Positions 52,701 to 60,900 of a stretch of 64,000 nucleotides of DNA are shown here, in pieces. The stretch covers positions 19,677,946 through 19,741,945 of the forward strand of contig NC_057749.1 of NCBI RefSeq assembly GCF_004010195.1, written 5' to 3'. The position numbers were made by a program, and so were the translations under genes. The stretch is from Chiloscyllium plagiosum (Eukaryota). The notes beneath the pieces were generated by a model. The model made no database searches. It was not told where the DNA came from and saw only the letters and a list, made by a program, of their open reading frames with translations. Within the stretch, counting starts at the first letter, position 1; each line of letters begins with the position of its first letter.

Positions 52701-55700
52701 TTGGGGAAGGAAACCTGCCATCTTTATCCAGCTGGGCCTCCATGTGATTCCAGACGCAGAGCAGTGTGGATGACTCATAACTGCCGTCTGAAATTGATGA
52801 GAAACCCACCCTGGTGATTGGGGATTGACAACCATTGCAGGTCTTGACAGAAATACTCATATGCCATAAAAGAATAAAACTTAAACTTAGCATGGGACTC
52901 ACAGAAATATTTATAAGGGAGTGAATCTTAAGAGTTAAACTCTTTTATAAAATTTAATACTGCATGCTTTCAATTAACATTTCAATTTAAATTTATTGTT
53001 TAAGTTTTAACTTTCTGTCCTGCTTGGGTAGGGCTAAACAATCTTTAAGGAAAAGTAGAGCAATAATCATGGAACATTTTAATCTAAATCTTAATATCTG
53101 TAAAATCAGATGGATAAAGGGAGCTTAGATCTGGGTTTCATAAAATATTTTCAAGACAGTTTCTTAGAACAGAATGTTTTTGAGCTGACCAGAGTGCAGG
53201 CTATGTCACTCCTTCTAGTGTGCAACAAAATAGCACAATTAATAATCTTGCAATGAAGAAGCCCTTAGGTAGCAACAATGATAATATTATTGAATTTTAT
53301 ATTCAATTTGGGGAGAGAGGAGTGTGGCCAAGACTGGTATTTTAAAACTTTAATAAGGGCAATATGAGAGCATGACACAGAGCTAGCAAAAGTGGACTGA
53401 CAAATCAGGTGAATGGATAGGTCAATGAAGATGAATTGGAAGACATTCAAGGGAATATTCCCAAATACACAGAATAGATACATTCAAATAATAAAGAAAA
53501 ATTCAGATGGAAACAACCATCATCACTGTTTAACTAAAGAAGCTAGAGATTTAATAAATCTTAAAAATAAGCATATTATTGACCAAAGATCACAGGCAGG
53601 ACAAAAGAGTGCACAGAATATCAAAAGCAGAAAAGATTGTCTAAAAGATGAATAAAATAGGAAGATTTAGAGTACAAGAGAAAGCTAGCTAAAAATATGA
53701 AAACAGATAGTGAGAGTTTCTTTTGATATTTAAGAAGGAAAAGAGGAAACAAAGTGAACATTAGTCCAATAGAAAGTAAGGCTGGACCATTAATAATGGA
53801 AAAGAAGAAAATGATAATTGAAAGGTAAAAGTTTTCAGGGCGGGAAATGGAGAAATGTTATGATTGTGCAGGAAGGATTACACTGGTACTGGAATCAAAA
53901 TACAAGACTCCACCAGTCACACCATTAGCAGAAATGTGTTGATTCAATCACCAAATGACCAATCACTTCTCTTTTGGACTATCATTCAGAATAGAAGAAG
54001 TGTCCACCAGGCTTCTTTAATGAACTCTAAATAATCTGTCTATTATAAACAAGGCTTAATCTTGAAGAACATGGTTAAAGCCTAGTTAAGCTATGATCCA
54101 AAATTAGACTATTTCCCCTCTGTCTCATGCAAAGAGACACCTAAACAGCATGAAAAGAAAGTCTCTGCAGAGGTTACGTTCTTTTAACTGAAAAGCAAGA
54201 GGGATAAAACAACTCCTGCAGGCCAAGGGTCTGGAATCAAAGGATAAAGTGTGATGACTTTGCATGTCCACTTTCTCCTGTCAACAAAGCTGAACTGCTG
54301 ACAGCTGTAGATTGATGATGGATGTCCAATTCTGATTCCAACCAATTTGGATTTGAGTCTCTGAGAATTGGTCACAGACCAATCCTTCAGGTGTTACCAG
54401 GTACACAGAAATACCGGCTGATAGGAACTTCTGTGTAGAACAGGATTCAGGAGAGAGTCCTATTGCTTCCTTACACAGATTTCTAAGTCTGAAGAATAGA
54501 ACTGTTCAGTCCAAAGAGGTTTGCTAGGCATTTAATAGTATAGGGGATCCTAATCCGATTTTTCAGTATTTAAAGCAATAAAGTCCATATTATATTAGTA
54601 TAGGGGCCTGTAATCCTCTTAAAGCCACCTTACCTCCTTTTGTTTAAGGCAGTTAATCGCATATCTTATCTCCTTGAAAACTTTCCTAAGCAGTAACTCT
54701 AAATTCACTTGATTTCATGTAAAAAGCAGTTAGTCCATAGCATACATTTAACTGCTGACCTAATTTCAAAGAAACCATCCTGCTTCAATCATGAAAATAT
54801 CTAATAGTTCAAATCTTCAAGAATTTTTCGAGAATACTCCTTAAATATAAACATGTATTTCCAATAGAAGGCATATCAACTGAGAGTCATGTTGAAATCA
54901 GTAATGTATTGATAGCAAACCAGCTAAAGGGAAAGCAGCTAATTAGGAAAATGAAGAAATAGTCACATCAGTTCACGTCAACAGTGCTTCCTACCTTCGC
55001 CTGCAGCCATCCTGGTCCAAATGTTGGCACCGTCAGGGTTCCCTTGCTCAAAGCTGATCTCTTCCTTTGTCTCCTTGGCCCTCAGGTGGTGATGGCTGTG
55101 GCACAACTTTATTTCCACCTTGCTCCCAAAGCAGAGGTTGGTGTGATAGCCAAGGCTCTCGTTCGCCTGCTACGCAGTCACAGGTAAGCAGTACATCTTC
55201 AGCAAATGCGTCTGAATTTCAATAGCTAGAGATGTCCATCACATCTGAAGAAGAAAAGAACTTCCTGATTTCTATTGAACCTGAGTGCTGTTGTCAATGA
55301 CCAGCTCTGATCTTGCAGGGTTCCTGCTCAACTTGCAGGGGGTTTTGAAATACCTGCCATTGGTGTTCTGCTTGCCAGAAGCACTATCAATCACACATGC
55401 AAAAAAGTATTCAGGGTTTCATTTGCAATGGGGAGGTTACGAGGCATTTCAGTCAGAGTGAGAAGTCATTATTTCGCCCACGTTGGGGCCATAAAGGATT
55501 TGTTTTTAGTTAAATACATAGTGCAGATTCGTGTTAAATTATTGGTAAGGTGAATCTGATTGGGGCTATGCAATATTTTTAGGCTCCCCAAGCTCCAAGG
55601 TAATTTTTAAAAAGTGCAAGAATTGAGCATATTCGTTTTGATCACAGAGTGTGGATCCCTGCATATATTCATCACTTCTAGCAAATGGAAATGAGCCATT

Positions 55701-57881
55701 TATAAGCTCATCTGCTTATGTTCCTTTAGTTGCTTGAAATAAGTCAAGTACAGACCATACTCAACTGGCCCACACTTGCAAAATCTGAAATACAGTGACT
55801 ACTGTTAGATGTCCAAAAATGTGCAGGTCAGGTGAATTGGCCATGCTAAATTGCCCGTAGTGTTAGGTGCAGGGGTAAATGTAGGGGAATGGGTCTGGGT
55901 AGGTTGCGCTTCGGCGGGTCGGTGTGGACTTGTTGGGCCGAAGGGCCTGTTTCCACACTAAGTAATCTAATCTAATCTAATGTGATTCTGTGATTGAGCA
56001 ACACTTGCTGGACAATACTGTATTGCTAATAGCTACTGTAATGATGAATTTAAGATATGGAGGGATCCGTTCTCTGCAAACAAAATGAAAGTATTCAAGA
56101 CTTGCATTGCATTTTGAAATACCCAAAAGCTTGAGAAGCATCATTGCTGAACCAATCAGAATCAATTTTGTCACCAGTCAGCACCATTTTCATCTGTAGT
56201 ACAAATTCCTACAATTCTTTGAAATTTGACATTCTAGTGTCTGTCCTAATGACTGCAAGATGAAAAATTTCAGAAATCGGTCTTTTTGGAGATAAATCTA
56301 ACAGTCTGTTTCAAAGAGCCTTTGAGTGATCATTGGTCTGCATCCTTATAGTCATGTCAACTTGATGTGCAGAAATAAGATGCTTATTCCCGTTCCATCC
56401 CTGCATTGTCCTGTCATACAATCACATATCTTCCTGACTTGGAACTATATTGCTGTTCCTTTACTGTCATTGAGTCAAAATCCTGCAACTTCCACCCTAA
56501 GAGTACTGTGCATGTATCTACAATGTATTAGCTGTAGCAGTTCAAGAGGCAGCTCACCATCGTCTTCTCAAGGGTAATTGGGAATAAGTGGCCAGGCTAG
56601 CGATGCCCAAATCCTATAAAAGAATAAATTAAAAAGGAATTAGCATGGCAGACAGCTATGTGCATGTTCTAATTTCCTAATTTGCCAGCTAAGTTTTTGG
56701 GAACTGGACAATGAATTGATCTTTTCAGATGGCTTTGATTTTGGGTTAACCACAACTTTGAAATTGCCCTATGACCAGACCAGTTAGTGATGGGGTCTCC
56801 TCAAGAGCTCAACAACAGCCATCACGAGAGCTCGGCATCAAGGAGTGTTCAGATGCATTGGTGTCTCCTCTGAGATGGTCTGAGATGAGCTGATGTACTG
56901 ATATTAATAAAAATGATCAGACTATATACTGATATTAATAAAAATGTCCAGACTTTGCTTTCTTCAGTTTAACTTCTCAAGACCTGTATTCTAGTCACCT
57001 ACTGTTGGGCTTTAGTCTTTTTCCTGAGATCCTGAGACAGATTGTCAATGCAAAGCTGAAAATGTATTGCTGGAAAAGCGCAGTAGGTCAGGCAGCATCC
57101 AAGGAACAGGAGAATCGATGTTTCGGGCATAAGCCCTTCTTCCTGAAGAAGGGCTTATGCCCGAAACGTCGATTCTCCTGCTCCTTGGATGCTGCCTGAC
57201 CTGCTGCGCTTTTCCAGCAACACATTTTCAGCTCTGATCTCCAGCATCTGCAGTCTTCATTTTCTCCTCGAAGATTGTCAATGCAAGTCATTTTTTGCTT
57301 ATTCTTCACCAGAGCCTTCCCATTAACTGAAACAGCTTGTTCAGCAATCATTCTTCCATTAAGCTTAAAGAGACACTTGCATTTATACAGTAACTTTTAC
57401 AACCTCAAGATGTCCTCAGGCCACCCACAGCCAATGAGATGCTTTTGAAATCTGAAAAATTCTGAAAATTAATAACCGTCTGATAAATGAAAATCCTCCG
57501 TCTCATTTTTGTCTTGAATAGGAAACCTTTATTTTGAAACTGTGCCCCCTTATTCTGGATTCCTCTTCTCAGCACCTATACTGTGAAGCCCCTCAGAATG
57601 TTACATGTTTTAATAAGATCACTTCTCATTCTAAAATCCAGTGATTGTTGAACATGGGATCTTTTATGTCTACCTGTGAGTACAAGTGGGGTATTGTTCT
57701 AGAGATGCTACCTACTGTGCCATGAGATCTTTGGATTTTAACATCTCCTCTGAAACTCTGCCTGTGTCCTTTAAATTGTGGTGTCTTCCTTTACAGTCAG
57801 TTTTCATTACCATAATAATTGAGCGAAGCTTGGGTGTGGTAAATGGGCTAGTTTAGCTGATTTAAGTGCAATGAATTATAG

Positions 57882-57915
<34 letters not shown>

Positions 57916-60900
57916 ATCTATCCCCCTCACTCTCTCCAAACAGTGAAGTGCAGTTTGTGGTGCTGCAGAATGTTGCCTCCATGTCAATCAAACGAAGGGT
58001 GAGTCATGATTATTTCAATTCCTTCAGGAACCTGAAGTTCCCCTGTGTTACAAATCCTGCATCACTTTGATGGGCATTTCTGTTGTTACTGTTTCTATAA
58101 ATGTAAAGCCCCTTTGCTCATGTCTAGTCTGGCTGACAACATCAAGAAATAAGCAAGACTTTGGCTAAGGTGCAATCTGGGCTATTTTGTTTGATCCTGT
58201 GACATTAATGTTGAGAACAGAGAATTGTTAGCACTGGGGATGGGTAATAAACACTATTTTGTAGTTCAAATGAACTGTCATGGGCAACAGAAATGAGAGG
58301 AACTGAAGTAGTTCACAGAAGTTAGGATTGTTTTCTTGAAAGGAGTGGAGTAATAGGTGTGCTATGTAGCAGTTCACTCAAGGATTCTGACTTGCTGGAG
58401 CAATAAAACTTGGACACGTTATCGTCTGGAGCAATGCGTAATGATAGTTGAGGCTCCAATTCCTCTCCATCACATGGCTGACCAGGAATCTTTACATATA
58501 CCACTGGCAAGTGTTGGAAGGATTTACAAGTTGATACTCAATACTTTTGATACTAAATACTTTTAGCTGCGTTATGAATATATCTTCCTTCGTCCTCCTT
58601 GGATTCACCAAATTCTAGAATAGGACTCCAATCTGGATCTTCTGGCCCAGAGCTAGGGATGCTACTTGCCTGATTTTACAGAGAGATTCACTGTTGTGAA
58701 GGGATTTGAAAGGGTATGTGGGAGAAATAGTTTCCATTGCCAGAAGCATTGATAACCAGAGAAAACAGAGTTAAGAAAATTGGCCATAAGAACTGGAGGT
58801 GGAGATGACAAGAAATCTATGAACGTACAAAGAAAATGTGCAAGGATGTAGAGCAGAAGGAGTGGGATGAACTGGATTGGTACAGATTTTCAAGGTTCTG
58901 GATCAGTGGTGCTGGAAGAGCACAGCAATTCAGGCAGCATCCGAGGACAGGCAAAATCGACGTTTCGGGCAAAAGCCCTTCATCAGGAATAAAGGCAGAG
59001 AGCCTGAAGCGTGGAGAGATAAGCTAGGGGAGGGTGGGGTTGGGGATAGAGTGGCATAGAGTACAATAGGTCAGTGGGGAAGGAGATGAACGTGATAGGT
59101 CAGGGAGGAGAGGGTGGAGTGGATAGGTGGAAAAGAAGCTGGGCAGGTCGGACAAGTCCGGACAGGTCAGGGGACCGAGTTTCTGGAGGTTAGAAGCTAG
59201 GATGAGGTGGGGGAACGGGAAATGAGGAAACTGTTGAAATCCACACTGATGCCCTGGGGTTGAAGTGTTCCCAGTGGCTCAACATTTCAACTCCCCCTCC
59301 CACTCTGCCAAGGATATGGAGGTGCTGGGCCTCCTCCACCACCGCTCCCTCACCACCAGACGCCTGGAGGAAGAACGCCTCATCTTCCACCTCGGAACAC
59401 TTCAACCCCAGGCCACCACCAGACGCCTGGAGGAAGAACGCCTCATCTTCCGCCTCGGAACACTTCAACCCCAGGGCATCAATGTGGATTTCAACAGTTT
59501 CCTCATTTCCCCTTCCCCCACCTCATCCTAGCTTCTAACCTCCAGCAACTCGATCCCCTGACCTGTCCGGACTTGCCCGACCTGCCCAGCTCCTTTTCCA
59601 CCTATCCACTCCACCCTCTCCTCCCTGACCTATCACCTTCATCTCCTTCCCCACCTACCTATTGTACTCTATGCTACTCTCTCCCAACCCACACCCTCCC
59701 CTAGCTTATCTCTCCACGCTTCAGGCTCTCTGCCTTTATTCCTGAAACGTCGATTTTGCCTGTCCTCGGATGCTGCCTGAATTGCTGTGCTCTGCTAACT
59801 CAGAAGGACAATGGAACAGATTCAGGAAAACATAAATGGACCGATATCAAAGAACTAGTTTGAAGTAAAAAAGGCAGAGAAGGAAAGAAATAACAGCAAT
59901 GACGTTACAAGTTCCTCTCTCCCTGTCTGTCTCCAGCTCAGGAACCAGTGTCCAATGAAAAAGCAACTTGGAAAAACAGCCATTCATTGAGATCTCAAGG
60001 ACGTCTGCAAACTCTGTCACTGTTGAGGAAACAAGACAACAGCAAAACAATTGTGGTGTCAAGTTTCACTCTCATAATTCAAGAACTTTAAAATGCTATT
60101 TATTTTACCTTCCTGTCTGTAATAGACACCGTAACCCTTTTAAACATATTATCTGTGTTTTTGTGTGCGTATCACATAATGTTTTTACTATTTTGATTGG
60201 AGGGATTGTGAGTAATAGATTTCATTTTCCTTTCACCAAGAAACCTTGCATTTTCGGCTAGTTCATTTTAAACTGATTAGAACATAGAACAGTACAGCAG
60301 AGGAACAGGCTCTTTAGTCCACCATTGCTGTGCTGACCATGATGCCATTCTAAACTAATCCCATCTGCCAGGACATGGTGGGTGGTGTCTCGAACGTATG
60401 TGGGGAGTTCCTGGACGAGGGGGGATAGGACAGTGTCGAGGTAGGTAGAGATGAGTTCAGTGGGGCAGGAGCATGCTGAGACAATGGGTCGGCCAGGGTG
60501 GTCAGGCTTGTGGATTTTCAAGGGTCAGGGCACAGATACAATGGTTCAGATGTGATGTTTCTCTGCTGTTTGTCTGATTGTATAAGGATGATGAATAAAT
60601 AGCTCTCATAAATTAGCAGAAAACAGTGACAATGAAGTTATGAAAATTTGAGTGAGGGTGAGAATAATTGAAGAATATTGCAGATGTTTCATGTCTCACA
60701 AGGTTACCATAGATACAGATAAACAGTCAAATCTCTGATGTAATGAGCACATTATTGACCACCCCTTCTGATTTTTATTTTTAAGGGAATGTTTGAGCCC
60801 CACCTGAAGAGTTTCTACATCAGATCCACTGACCCAACGCAGATTAAAGTGCTGAAGGTGGGTGTGCACTCACAATTGCTGTTGATTTGCATATATTAGT

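Noticed and set aside
53856..54796. Possible solo LTR (tgttatga...tcatgaaa)
   Set aside because: Termini are imperfect, and there is no clear TSD or second copy in the window.
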